Shown here: in pieces, positions 55,157 through 63,920 of the stretch | How the letters are laid out: every line of letters starts with the position of its first letter | Numbering within the stretch: position 1 is the first letter of the stretch | Program-made: the position numbers and the translations under genes | IMG/VR virus record: IMGVR_UViG_3300042875_000410 | Source of the DNA: a virus | Lineage: Duplodnaviria; Caudoviricetes | DNA length: 64,000 nt | Strand: one strand, 5' to 3' | The notes under the pieces: generated by a model | What the model was told of the DNA's origin: nothing | What the model saw: only the letters and a program-made list of their open reading frames with translations | The model's database searches: none

Positions 55157-55561
55157 TTAAATTAATGGTTGTGGTTCTTGTGGTACTATTAGTTTACCAC
55201 TTACGGTTGTTGCATACGGAGATGCACTGGTACTGCCTGTCGAAGGTACGCCAAATGTTGGAGCCCTGCTTGATAATATGTCGGTTGTTGAGTTGCCATT
55301 TATAACTCCTCCTAATTTTTCCTGTCCTCTGCTCCACGCAGTAACTCCTACTATAGCACCCATTGCTATATGAAAAAGTCCTGCACCTTGCAGTGTTAAC
55401 GGTTGCCACTGAGATGTTACACTTCCTTTGTCCATAGCTTGTAACATGCTCCATAAGATTGGAAATATAATAAAGTCAGTTATGCATACTATCATATACA
55501 TCCATCCCATAGCTGGACGCCATTTTGTATTCATCCAGTCTTCTTTGCTACGGGCTGTCAT
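55157..55561 (-). CDS. Holin-like protein (GTA 3TM holin type)
   Basis: KWRPAMGWMY followed by TM segments, WQPLTL, FHIAMGAIVG; lysis-cassette context. Confidence 0.65.
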   Translation of the reverse strand: MTARSKEDWMNTKWRPAMGWMYMIVCITDFIIFPILWSMLQAMDKGSVTSQWQPLTLQGAGLFHIAMGAIVGVTAWSRGQEKLGGVINGNSTTDILSSRAPTFGVPSTGSTSASPYATTVSGKLIVPQEPQPLI

Positions 55562-55567
55562 AATATA

Positions 55568-56104
55568 TTATAGTTCAGGTTGTGGTTCTTCTGGAACAAT
55601 ACGTTTACCACTTGCAGTCATTGCAAATGTTTGACTATTTCCTTGTTGACCAAATCCGCCAAAACCTACGGGGACATTATTTCCAAAACTACTAGTCGGT
55701 GTTGCTCCGAATGCTGGCCCTGAACCGAATCCACCGTTGTTTGTTGAAGAAATAGTAGAAGAACCTAATGGTCCACTAATTGTTGTCGATGAAGTTTTTG
55801 GTCCTCTATCCCATCCGGAATTTGCCGCCTTCAATGCTTCTTTCTGTGCTTCCTTGTCACCGGGACTTGCCAACATGATACCACTTAGTGTACCTGTTAA
55901 GAATGTAGCAATAGGAATGATTAATTCAAAGAACTTTTGATCAATTGGGCTAATAGCGTTAAGTGGTTGTGTGACAAAAATTAACGAATATAACACTACG
56001 AATACAATTCCAAATAATGTCAATGACAAGCAAATGCCGATGAAAAATTTCAATCGAGCCATTAACTGCTCTTCGGTATAAATGTGTTCTGTTTTATTTT
56101 CCAC
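55568..56104 (-). CDS. Two-TM membrane protein in the lysis cassette (probable GTG start at 56104)
   Basis: AAGGAG SD before GTG; two hydrophobic helices; G/S/T-rich tail. Confidence 0.55.
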   Translation of the reverse strand: MENKTEHIYTEEQLMARLKFFIGICLSLTLFGIVFVVLYSLIFVTQPLNAISPIDQKFFELIIPIATFLTGTLSGIMLASPGDKEAQKEALKAANSGWDRGPKTSSTTISGPLGSSTISSTNNGGFGSGPAFGATPTSSFGNNVPVGFGGFGQQGNSQTFAMTASGKRIVPEEPQPEL

Positions 56105-56384
56105 AGTTTGCTCCTTGTGTGTTAGGCGCTCCTGCAACTGGAGCAGAAATTGTTTTAGTCGGTTCATCTTTTGGTGGTCCTAATCTTGGGTCTCGTTGCC
56201 CTTTAAAAATGTGTTCGGGACAGGTACGAGTTACATCACAGGTGGGTAACTTGCATATTTGTTTATCCCAGTTATCTGGATTTTGGCAAGGATAACGAAA
56301 ACTGTCACCATTGCTAAAATATGCTAACGCAAGCGGTGCTAATAGTAATACAAACACCCACTTGAGTAATTTTTTATCTTCCAT
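56094..56384 (-). CDS. Membrane-anchored Cys-rich protein (antiholin-like topology)
   Basis: N-terminal TM, then YPCQNP...CKLPTCDVTRTC. Confidence 0.45.
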   Translation of the reverse strand: MEDKKLLKWVFVLLLAPLALAYFSNGDSFRYPCQNPDNWDKQICKLPTCDVTRTCPEHIFKGQRDPRLGPPKDEPTKTISAPVAGAPNTQGANCGK

Positions 56385-56406
56385 TACTCGGCTCCTTTAT
56401 ATACCA

Positions 56407-56679
56407 TTATTTAACGCTTTCAAAGATTTTTCTTTGGGTGTTATACCACTCATTCCAGCCATCTACTTTATTAGCACACTCGTAATATAATCCGTAGTTC
56501 TTAACCACAGTTTTAAGCAAGTCAGTGATAGCTACTTCTTTGCCAGTATTATCTACTGTAGATAATTCTGGGCATTTTTCTTGTAGAGCAGGAACAGCAT
56601 CTGGAAAGTTTCTTTTAACTGGAGTAGGTGCCGCACATCCTACCAATAATACAGCAAGTCCTAAAATAATTATTTTCAT
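56407..56679 (-). CDS. o-spanin (Rz1-like lipoprotein)
   Basis: Lipobox LVGC; Pro-rich; follows the i-spanin. Confidence 0.75.
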   Translation of the reverse strand: MKIIILGLAVLLVGCAAPTPVKRNFPDAVPALQEKCPELSTVDNTGKEVAITDLLKTVVKNYGLYYECANKVDGWNEWYNTQRKIFESVK

Positions 56680-57209
56680 TTCTTAGGCTCTCCTGCTGCT
56701 TTGTTTAGTTTTGCCGCGGCATCATGTATATCGATTAATTCTTTAGGAACTGGGCAATTTTCAATATACTTTATAACTTCTTCTACGCGAACTCTTTCGG
56801 GACCCTGTACTTCTTTGATAATTTCTTTAGTTTCTAATTTATCAATATACTTTGTTATATACTCTGTCTTGCCCTTAATATACTCTTTTTGTTTTACAAT
56901 TTTTTCTTGTACAACAACATTTTCTTTCTTAGACTCAACTTCGGCCGCAGCAACTTTAGTTTCTAACTCTTTAACTCGATCACGCCACATCATTTCTGTA
57001 GTGTAGCCGCCTTTAAAATAAATTCCCGCAGTTAACAATACAGCACTGACTATTTGAAATGCTAATGCGTATTTTGACAGTCCGGGAATTTTGTTTAAAA
57101 TTTTGTGCAGTACAAAAAACGCCAGGATGAAACTAATAACCCCTACAATCAATATTATATTGACAATGTACATCAACAGGGTGTCAGGGAGGAATGATAG
57201 TAACCACAT
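56676..57209 (-). CDS. i-spanin (Rz-like)
   Basis: N-terminal TM helices, coiled coil, C-terminal C-x-x-P; sits between endolysin and o-spanin. Confidence 0.7.
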   Translation of the reverse strand: MWLLSFLPDTLLMYIVNIILIVGVISFILAFFVLHKILNKIPGLSKYALAFQIVSAVLLTAGIYFKGGYTTEMMWRDRVKELETKVAAAEVESKKENVVVQEKIVKQKEYIKGKTEYITKYIDKLETKEIIKEVQGPERVRVEEVIKYIENCPVPKELIDIHDAAAKLNKAAGEPKK

Positions 57210-57210
57210 A

Positions 57211-57846
57211 TTAATGGCCTAGAACGTGAAGTGCGTGATTGTAATGTTTGATACGATCTTCTAAACCAATTGTACCACCGTTGATACGCTTAGTCAATGT
57301 TAGAATGTCGCCTTTGTCTGCCCACTGATTTAAGTTGTTGGCTTCCCAGAACCAGGCAGCACTTTGCACACAACCTTCGAATGTTGTTAGATGTTCGCCA
57401 GCTTCTTCAACTGAGATTTCTAAACTTTGTGCATATCGTGTATAGTTGTCCTTGCCAGTTAGCTGAATTAGACCACGACCGCAATAACGAAAACCGTCGC
57501 CTGACTCTTCTGGACCATTGCCCATACGTCCACCGTAGACCTTATTGGCAATCATTTCTGGCTTGCCTGCATATTGAGCAGCAATGGCATCGTCGGAGAA
57601 ATATTTAGGAAAAATCTTGCGTAGTGTCACAGCACGATAGTTTAAGTTTTCTTTGATTGCTCTATAGCCACCTGACTCGTGTGCAGTCTGTGCTAGGAAT
57701 GCAGCAACACGTGGCGCTGTTTCAATATCATAATCTGGAAGAATTTGAGATATTGCTTCGTACCACTGCTCTGCATACGGAGGATTTCCGCCTACACACT
57801 CTTTAAACTTTGCCAATGTAAATTCAAATTTAAATCCGTTACTCAT
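57211..57846 (-). CDS. Glycoside hydrolase family 19 endolysin
   Basis: AAFLAQTAHESGG, GFRYCGRGLIQLTGKDNY, SAAWFW, TKRINGGTIGLEDR. Confidence 0.92.
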   Translation of the reverse strand: MSNGFKFEFTLAKFKECVGGNPPYAEQWYEAISQILPDYDIETAPRVAAFLAQTAHESGGYRAIKENLNYRAVTLRKIFPKYFSDDAIAAQYAGKPEMIANKVYGGRMGNGPEESGDGFRYCGRGLIQLTGKDNYTRYAQSLEISVEEAGEHLTTFEGCVQSAAWFWEANNLNQWADKGDILTLTKRINGGTIGLEDRIKHYNHALHVLGH

Positions 57847-57865
57847 TTTTTATCCTTTTTAAATT

Positions 57866-58615
57866 TTACCAACTGTTTTTTTCTATAACAACAGCCTTGT
57901 CGCCGTTCCTTATTAAAAATTTGTTATCTATCTTATTAATTTCGTAGCTGCCCATGTACTTGGCCAAAAAGAACATTTGACTTTGACTAGCTTCATCTAG
58001 ACTTAATTTGCCTGGGACAGTATGCTTTACATCTTCATAATCACCGATTGCAATAAACTTGGCTTGTATATCACCGGCATAGGGACGTTTGAAAGTTAGC
58101 ATATTGTTTTCATCTAATGTAACATCCATTGCACCTTGATCAAAGAATTCCTGTACATCGTTTTCTTTGATTGCTACTATTTTACTTTGATATGCTTCGG
58201 ACGTCATGGGGATATGTGTTTTTACAGAGTCTTCGTTAAACTCTACACTGGTAGATTCTTTCTGATAACGGAATCTCCATTCGTTGAATCTGCATAAATG
58301 TCCAATTCCACCTAATAATTCTTGTAATTGATTTTTTAGTTGGGGAGTTCTTTCAATTTCAACGAACACTTGATATTGTCCGTCGTTCTCTTCTCCTGCA
58401 CTCATGTCGGCATCTAGAATAAAGTCGTAACCTTTTTCAATAAATTCCATTAGATCAATTGCGGGATGTTTTTCTCTAACACGGAAACTTAGTACAACGA
58501 TATCAGTATCCTCTCCCATTTTGCTGCTGTATCTGTCAACGGTAAATGTCTCTGATACGTAGTTTTCTAAATCACCGTAACGGAGACCTTCGTTTAAATT
58601 ATGCTGTTTGGTCAT
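57866..58615 (-). CDS. Hypothetical protein (probable start 58615)
   Basis: Tiled; GAGG SD upstream; N-terminal LNEG. Confidence 0.5.
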   Translation of the reverse strand: MTKQHNLNEGLRYGDLENYVSETFTVDRYSSKMGEDTDIVVLSFRVREKHPAIDLMEFIEKGYDFILDADMSAGEENDGQYQVFVEIERTPQLKNQLQELLGGIGHLCRFNEWRFRYQKESTSVEFNEDSVKTHIPMTSEAYQSKIVAIKENDVQEFFDQGAMDVTLDENNMLTFKRPYAGDIQAKFIAIGDYEDVKHTVPGKLSLDEASQSQMFFLAKYMGSYEINKIDNKFLIRNGDKAVVIEKNSW

Positions 58616-59129
58616 TTGGTGCAACCTCCTCGGGTGTTTCTTGTGCGACTGAATCAACGCTAACTTCTTGATTGCTGTATTTCATTAGCTCTGCCATTCT
58701 ATTATTTTCTTTATTTTCCTTGCCTATGTAGATATCTTGCATTAATTTTTTAGGCATTGTAATTTCCACAGTCCAAATAGGATGTGCATCAATCTTACCC
58801 TTCTTTGTGCCCGGGCGGTAGTCGCCAGGATCTTTAATCTTTCTGGGCAATAGCACTTCTTCTTTGGCAAATACAACTTGACATCCGTAATCCACTAAAC
58901 GCTTTCCGCCTTTAGGATCTGGCATATCTGCCCTGGGCCACATGAACTTACAGGTAACATCGTAACGATTTACGTCAGGCCCTTTAATAAGTTCTCCGTC
59001 TTCCCAGTTTGTAAAAACATAGATATCTAACTCATCAAGTACTCTCTCAAAGTCTTTTAGTACTTTAAATGCTGAGTTATTCTCGCTGAGTGTTTGTAAG
59101 TTTTTGATAACGTCTATAATGTCGTGCAT
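58599..59129 (-). CDS. Hypothetical protein
   Basis: TAAATA at 59149-59154 upstream. Confidence 0.55.
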   Translation of the reverse strand: MHDIIDVIKNLQTLSENNSAFKVLKDFERVLDELDIYVFTNWEDGELIKGPDVNRYDVTCKFMWPRADMPDPKGGKRLVDYGCQVVFAKEEVLLPRKIKDPGDYRPGTKKGKIDAHPIWTVEITMPKKLMQDIYIGKENKENNRMAELMKYSNQEVSVDSVAQETPEEVAPNDQTA

Positions 59130-59255
59130 TGCGGTTCTCTCTATTGAATATTTAGCTAAACGATACCTGGGACTCGTTTTTGGCCTATTATGTCGGAGAT
59201 TTTAAGTTTGATCTTAAATACTTTGCAGGTTGATCAACATGATCAGGAGGTAAAA

Positions 59256-60011
59256 TTGCCTAGAGCCAAAAGAAGAGAAAGGGATTTTTCTATGGAAAAA
59301 GACCCTAGATTCCAAAAGAGCGCCGAGAGTAACTTGATTCCCATCAAGCAATACTTGAAGCGAAACCAGCAAGTCAATATAGTTCCACGGAACTTGTCTC
59401 AAGAGCAGTACTTAGAACTGCTTAAAAATCCTAAAAAATGTATAGTATTTGCCATCGGACCTGCGGGTACGGGTAAAACTATGCTGGCCGTGAAAATGGC
59501 TATTAAACTGTTCAAAGAGGGCATGGTTAAAAAGATCGTGGTTACTCGACCAGCAGTTAGTGTGGATGAAGAGCACGGGTTCTTGCCGGGAGACCTAAAC
59601 GCTAAAATGGCGCCATGGACTCGACCTATATTCGATGTCTTCGAAGAATACTACCACCCGCGAGAAATTGCGAGTATGCTAGAAGATGGTTCAATAGAGA
59701 TTAGTCCGTTGGCATATATGCGAGGCAGAACATTTAAAAACGCCTTCATCGTTGCCGACGAAATGCAAAATGCCACACCATCACAGATGAAGATGCTGTT
59801 GACACGCATCGGAGATAACAGCCGAATGGTTGTTACAGGAGATTTAAATCAGGCTGACAGACCCAGAGAAAATGGGTTGCTAGAATTCTGCAATTTATAC
59901 GGCCAAGGAGGTGATTATCGTATGATTGCTATGGCGGAGTTTGGTATACAAGACATCGAACGTCACCCTGTTGTTAAGGAAGTCTTGCGTATTTACAAAG
60001 AAGAAGATTAA
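59256..60011 (+). CDS. phoH: PhoH family ATPase (probable TTG start at 59256)
   Basis: GPAGTGKT, RPAV, GFLPG, PLAYMRGRTF, DEMQN, GDLNQAD, RHPVV; AGGAGG SD before the TTG. Confidence 0.95.
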   Translation: MPRAKRRERDFSMEKDPRFQKSAESNLIPIKQYLKRNQQVNIVPRNLSQEQYLELLKNPKKCIVFAIGPAGTGKTMLAVKMAIKLFKEGMVKKIVVTRPAVSVDEEHGFLPGDLNAKMAPWTRPIFDVFEEYYHPREIASMLEDGSIEISPLAYMRGRTFKNAFIVADEMQNATPSQMKMLLTRIGDNSRMVVTGDLNQADRPRENGLLEFCNLYGQGGDYRMIAMAEFGIQDIERHPVVKEVLRIYKEED

Positions 60012-60016
60012 GAGGG

Positions 60017-60060
60017 TAAACCGGGCGGCAGATCAACCTGCTCCACCTCCGCCCGGTTTA
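60017..60060. terminator. Bidirectional hairpin between convergent phoH and clamp loader genes
   Basis: 12-bp inverted repeat TAAACCGGGCGG / CCGCCCGGTTTA. Confidence 0.7.
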
Positions 60061-60061
60061 A

Positions 60062-60985
60062 TTACTGAAGTCTTGCCAGTTTAACCAGCGTAGCCGCTAA
60101 GTTGATTTCTGCATCTGCAATCAACGTGTGATCAACTAGACCTTGTTTAATGACCAGTAGAGCCTGGTCTTTCTTTTCATCACTATCGCCAAACAGTTCG
60201 AGATTGTCATACATCCAGCGATAGATGTCTTCCATCTCTTCAGGACGGGCTTTACCACAGAGCAATTTTCGTGCATCTTGGATTTTACCTTTCTTAAACA
60301 ATTCGACCATAGCAATCTTATAGTCAGCCCCACCGCTATCACCTGTAGTGGGTGCAGCTAACACATTATCTTCTGTTACATTTTGTTGTACTAGGTTAAT
60401 ACACTTACGAAGATCTGGGTAAGCAGTTTTAACATAGGTGTCAAGTGTGTCAAGATCAAAGTCAATATTCTCAGTTACTAAGATTGTAGCGACCCGAGCA
60501 GTGAATTCCGTTTGGTCGGTCTTCTCCACATGAAAACCCTGGCAACGACTATGCAGTGCAGGAATAATTTTATTCTTATAGTTGCAAGTTAAAATAAATC
60601 TTGCTGTATTAGAATAAGTTTCCATTAGCCCTCGCAAAATAGCCTGTGCGTTAATGGACAAATAATCAGCTTCGTCTAATAGCACAACCTTAAACGGACC
60701 AAATGGGATCATTTGTACGAAGTTTGTAATCTTATGGCGTACATTGTCGACATCGTTATCTCGACTAGCGTTAATTTCCAATACATCAAATTCTTCAATA
60801 CCTAGCTCGTTTAATAGAACTTTTGCCAATGTAGTCTTACCAATACCAGCTGCACCACTTAGCAACAAGTGCGGAATGCTACCCTCCTTGATCCATGACT
60901 CAACCTGCCGCTTTTGTGAAGCATCTCGAAATACATAGTCTTCAACCTTTTTAGGTCGGTACTTTTCTACCCATAGTTCTTTCAT
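60062..60985 (-). CDS. Clamp loader subunit (gp44/RFC small subunit-like)
   Basis: WVEKYRP, GAAGIGKTT, EINAS, LLDEAD, ALHSRC. Confidence 0.93.
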   Translation of the reverse strand: MKELWVEKYRPKKVEDYVFRDASQKRQVESWIKEGSIPHLLLSGAAGIGKTTLAKVLLNELGIEEFDVLEINASRDNDVDNVRHKITNFVQMIPFGPFKVVLLDEADYLSINAQAILRGLMETYSNTARFILTCNYKNKIIPALHSRCQGFHVEKTDQTEFTARVATILVTENIDFDLDTLDTYVKTAYPDLRKCINLVQQNVTEDNVLAAPTTGDSGGADYKIAMVELFKKGKIQDARKLLCGKARPEEMEDIYRWMYDNLELFGDSDEKKDQALLVIKQGLVDHTLIADAEINLAATLVKLARLQ

Positions 60986-61077
60986 TCTTCTTTACCTTTT
61001 GCTACAACACACAATGATACTACCAACATGCCTAAATAAAAACCTATAAAAAGTCCACCTATAAATGACCAAATCAT
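60982..61077 (-). CDS. 31-aa membrane peptide (absent from the ORF track)
   Basis: MIWSFIGGLFIGFYLGMLVVSLCVVAKGKEE; ATGA overlaps at both ends. Confidence 0.5.
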   Translation of the reverse strand: MIWSFIGGLFIGFYLGMLVVSLCVVAKGKEE

Positions 61078-61241
61078 ACCAGTTCCTCAAAAATTCCAAA
61101 CACTTCTGCTAAAATAATACAAACACCAGCCATTAGCAAATTTCCCTGCATTAACCAGCAGCCTGCTCCTATGCGAATAACACTCTTTACAAGGCTGACA
61201 TAAAAATGTCCCTTGCTTGTGTCTTTAGGTTGAATTTCCAC
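61074..61241 (-). CDS. 55-aa membrane protein (absent from the ORF track)
   Basis: GTG start; EIQPKDTSKGHFYVSLVKSVIRIG...LAEVFGIFEELV; tiled. Confidence 0.55.
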   Translation of the reverse strand: MEIQPKDTSKGHFYVSLVKSVIRIGAGCWLMQGNLLMAGVCIILAEVFGIFEELV

Positions 61242-61383
61242 GGCGAAACCATCCTTTAATTGTTTGAAAGAGATTATAAAATCTAAAATGATAATTAGTC
61301 AGTATCGGTGGATGGTTAGGACACCTGCCTTGATTATAGTCGCATGAAGAACTATATTCTTTTTTACATAGATCACACTTCAT
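61225..61383 (-). CDS. 52-aa Cys/His protein (absent from the ORF track)
   Basis: MKCDLCKKEY...CDYNQGRCPNH; possible zinc binder; tiled. Confidence 0.5.
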   Translation of the reverse strand: MKCDLCKKEYSSSCDYNQGRCPNHPPILTNYHFRFYNLFQTIKGWFRRGNST

Positions 61384-61576
61384 TAATTAAATCCTTTAGT
61401 GCAGAAAAAGTTTTGTCGTCCATGCACATATCAAATCGAGTACGTTCACTGTTTGGATCTTTGGCACCATCAAAGAAAGTTGATACTCGTAAGTATTTTG
61501 TTCCAGTTGGCATGTCGATGTCTCTAATCTCAACATAGGTCTTCATTCCACCTGTATCGCTAATTAATCGTTTCAT
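61373..61576 (-). CDS. Hypothetical protein
   Basis: GGAGG SD; ATGA overlap. Confidence 0.5.
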   Translation of the reverse strand: MKRLISDTGGMKTYVEIRDIDMPTGTKYLRVSTFFDGAKDPNSERTRFDMCMDDKTFSALKDLINEV

Positions 61577-61980
61577 CGTAGTGCCTCCATTGTGATAATT
61601 TTGTCAATCTCTTTGCCAAAGTCTGCATCGTTGGTAATGACATACAGACCGTTTGAACTACGATCAGTCTTTTTATCATAACGGCGTGTTTCTACAACAC
61701 GACCACCGTTGGCGACATAAACTGTAAAGTGCAAGGCACGTTCTGGTTGATCAATGCTAGCAGGCCCGGCACTGATTGCCATTGACCTAGAAAGTCTATT
61801 CACTGAAACTGCTGAGTCTTTTTCTTGATTTTGTCGCTTCTCCCATTCGGCACCTTCCATTAGTTTCTTAAGAAACCAACGTGCTAACACTCCCGGACGT
61901 TTAACTTTCTTTTGAACGTCCGGTCTAAAATCTGATTCTTCTGCGTATTTTTCTGACGCTGTTACTGCATATCCATTCAT
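61573..61980 (-). CDS. Hypothetical protein
   Basis: Tiled ORF. Confidence 0.5.
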   Translation of the reverse strand: MNGYAVTASEKYAEESDFRPDVQKKVKRPGVLARWFLKKLMEGAEWEKRQNQEKDSAVSVNRLSRSMAISAGPASIDQPERALHFTVYVANGGRVVETRRYDKKTDRSSNGLYVITNDADFGKEIDKIITMEALR

Positions 61981-62441
61981 TGCTTATTCCTTTCTGCTTC
62001 TGCTACACGTTTACGCAGGCTTGAACTACTAAAAGAATGATCTCGTCCGTTGTACACAATTTCAATTCCGCGCTTCATACAAATTTCTTTACCTGTAAAC
62101 TCTTTGTCTGCATACTCTACACCTAATATTCTAACATCTACTGGCAGAATAAGCAATAGGTCTTCAAGGTCTTTTTCTGTTTGATAGACAACAACTTCAT
62201 CCACATTGCGATTTGTACTGACCTGTATTTGTCGTTCTACAATAGTTTGTATAGGTGGATTCTTTGTGTCTGGTCGATCAATAGTTGGATCAGTTTGCAG
62301 TGCAGCAATTAGATAATCACAATGATTCTTTGCTTCTGCCAACATGGCAACATGCCCTGCATGGAATAGATCAAAACTGCTGAATACAATTCCTACCTTT
62401 AATCCATCTTCTTTTAGTTGTTTTATTTTATTGAATATCAT
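61977..62441 (-). CDS. Glycerol-3-phosphate cytidylyltransferase-like (TagD family) nucleotidyltransferase
   Basis: FSSFDLFHAGHV, CDYLIAAL, ER, RILGVEY, FTGK, RDHSFSSSSLR. Confidence 0.85.
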   Translation of the reverse strand: MIFNKIKQLKEDGLKVGIVFSSFDLFHAGHVAMLAEAKNHCDYLIAALQTDPTIDRPDTKNPPIQTIVERQIQVSTNRNVDEVVVYQTEKDLEDLLLILPVDVRILGVEYADKEFTGKEICMKRGIEIVYNGRDHSFSSSSLRKRVAEAERNKQ

Positions 62442-62676
62442 CTTTAAGATAACTTATAATTTTTTTCTGTTCTTGTTCATTGAGCCACTCTGCTTCAGTG
62501 CTTCCAAAGTTGGGACACATTTTCATCATGTCGTCTAAGAACCATTTTAACTGATATAGATCCTGTTTAACACCCCAAGCAATGAATCCGTCGTTGCGAG
62601 CGTTAGAGCATTCTGAAACTGCTGCTCTAACCTGTTGGAATGTTTCTATAATATTGTATGAATGTTTGTGGCCCAT
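62428..62676 (-). CDS. Hypothetical protein (probable start 62676, leaderless)
   Basis: ATG lies 6 nt after a TATACT -10 box. Confidence 0.5.
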   Translation of the reverse strand: MGHKHSYNIIETFQQVRAAVSECSNARNDGFIAWGVKQDLYQLKWFLDDMMKMCPNFGSTEAEWLNEQEQKKIISYLKDDIQ

Positions 62677-62682
62677 ATAGAT

Positions 62683-62720
62683 AGTATAGAGGTAAAAAAA
62701 GGGCCCGTCAAGACCCTTAT
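62683..62720 (-). terminator. groES terminator with a nested sigma70 promoter
   Basis: AGGGTC-TTGAC-GGGCCCT followed by a T tract; TTGACG (62706-62711)-17 nt-TATACT (62683-62688). Confidence 0.6.
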
Positions 62721-62734
62721 TCCCCAATATCTTG

Positions 62735-63115
62735 TTAGATTCCCGGGATATTAAAGTTTACATTCGAACCTGCTCCGATAGTTTTTCGAATATCTACATC
62801 GTCTGGTCTTTCTTCTGCACTCATCAAAATAGCAGTATTATCTACTCGGCGTAGCTCAATAATGTTTCCATCTTCTTGTTCTACTTCAAAAGTTCGCGTC
62901 CATCTACCATGTTCGACACATATCCAGTCCCCTACAGATACTTCGTTCTGCTCTGGACCAATGGCCCATACCCGGCCCCATCTCGGCTTAACGCCTCGAG
63001 ACTTTCCATTGTCTGATTGAATTACAATACCCGATGCAGTTTTTTGTACACCGAAATCCATATCAGAAACAATTACGTGATCTCTGATTGGGCGAATTTT
63101 GCCTTTAGTTACCAT
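62735..63115 (-). CDS. groES: GroES co-chaperonin
   Basis: IRPIRDHVIV, TASGIVI, GRVWAIGP, VSVGDWI. Confidence 0.88.
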   Translation of the reverse strand: MVTKGKIRPIRDHVIVSDMDFGVQKTASGIVIQSDNGKSRGVKPRWGRVWAIGPEQNEVSVGDWICVEHGRWTRTFEVEQEDGNIIELRRVDNTAILMSAEERPDDVDIRKTIGAGSNVNFNIPGI

Positions 63116-63385
63116 TTATTCTCCAGTAGTTTTTGTTTTATTAGATGCAACAATACCTGATTGTGCTTGTTTAACTTTAGAAGATTCTGGAATTGCTTTA
63201 GGGTTGTTTTCATAATACTCAGCAATAACTTCTTCGCGTTTGCGAACAATTTTTCCACCTGGGCCTAATTCGTCCCCTCTTGCATTTACTCTTGCGTTGC
63301 CGATAGCAGGCATAAGTTCATTTTGCGTCATGAGCTTATCCATGTCTACTTCTTTACCCTGCATTGTTTTATACACTCTTCCCAT
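63116..63385 (-). CDS. Hypothetical protein
   Basis: AAGGAG SD; NARVNARGDELGPGG. Confidence 0.55.
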   Translation of the reverse strand: MGRVYKTMQGKEVDMDKLMTQNELMPAIGNARVNARGDELGPGGKIVRKREEVIAEYYENNPKAIPESSKVKQAQSGIVASNKTKTTGE

Positions 63386-63395
63386 ATCTATCTCC

Positions 63396-63914
63396 TTATT
63401 TTAGGAATTCTTTTATATCTAGATCGTATTTAATGCTATCAATTCGGTGAACTCCGATAAGATATAACACATAGCTTGCTACACTACTTCCACGACCGAC
63501 TCCCCACACGATTTTATTCTCTCGCATAGTGTCTACTAAGTATTTAAGGTAGAACAACAAATCAAACATGCCATGTTGGATAAAAAGTAGTAGTTCTTGA
63601 TCTACTCTTGCACGTTGTTGTTCTGTAGTGCATCGATCATACAACCAATCGACTATAGGAAACTCACTGCATTCTTTGGGCATAAACCAAGTGCATTGAT
63701 TTGCTTCATCAAAAAATGCCACATCTTCTTGGGGTTGCTGCCACTCTTGTAGTGGAACAAGGTTGTCTTTGTTAGTGTCGACAGCAGTATTGAACTGAAC
63801 TACTGTGTTGCTATCGAGGTAGACGTTTTGTAAACTTTTGAGTTTGCCCGAATACAAGTGTTCAAATAGTTCACTAGGATCTAGAAAGACGGCACCGTAT
63901 TCATTGGTATTCAT
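63396..63914 (-). CDS. Stand-alone fragment of DNA polymerase III alpha (probable start 63914)
   Basis: RVDQEL..F...LFYLKYLVD..RENKIVWGVGRGSSVASYVLYLIGVHRIDSIKYDL..KEFL matches the DnaE GRGS region; stops before the catalytic PDxDxD. Confidence 0.8.
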   Translation of the reverse strand: MNTNEYGAVFLDPSELFEHLYSGKLKSLQNVYLDSNTVVQFNTAVDTNKDNLVPLQEWQQPQEDVAFFDEANQCTWFMPKECSEFPIVDWLYDRCTTEQQRARVDQELLLFIQHGMFDLLFYLKYLVDTMRENKIVWGVGRGSSVASYVLYLIGVHRIDSIKYDLDIKEFLK

Positions 63915-63920
63915 ATTAAC

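Noticed and set aside
61074-61241. Apparent frameshift in the 55-aa membrane ORF
   Set aside because: Recounting the T run at 61138-61143 gives a continuous frame.
61260-61380. Possible tRNA or ncRNA in an apparent intergenic gap
   Set aside because: The gap is filled by a 52-aa ORF that tiles with its neighbours; no T-loop GTTC or cloverleaf was found. No tRNA was recognised anywhere in the window, though a tRNAscan run would be needed to exclude one.
1349-62538. The many short opposite-strand or nested ORFs in the track (e.g. 34236-34703, 49644-50021, 54901-55305)
   Set aside because: They are shadows of long genes with no SD or promoter and no motifs; those over the collagen tract come from the repeat periodicity.
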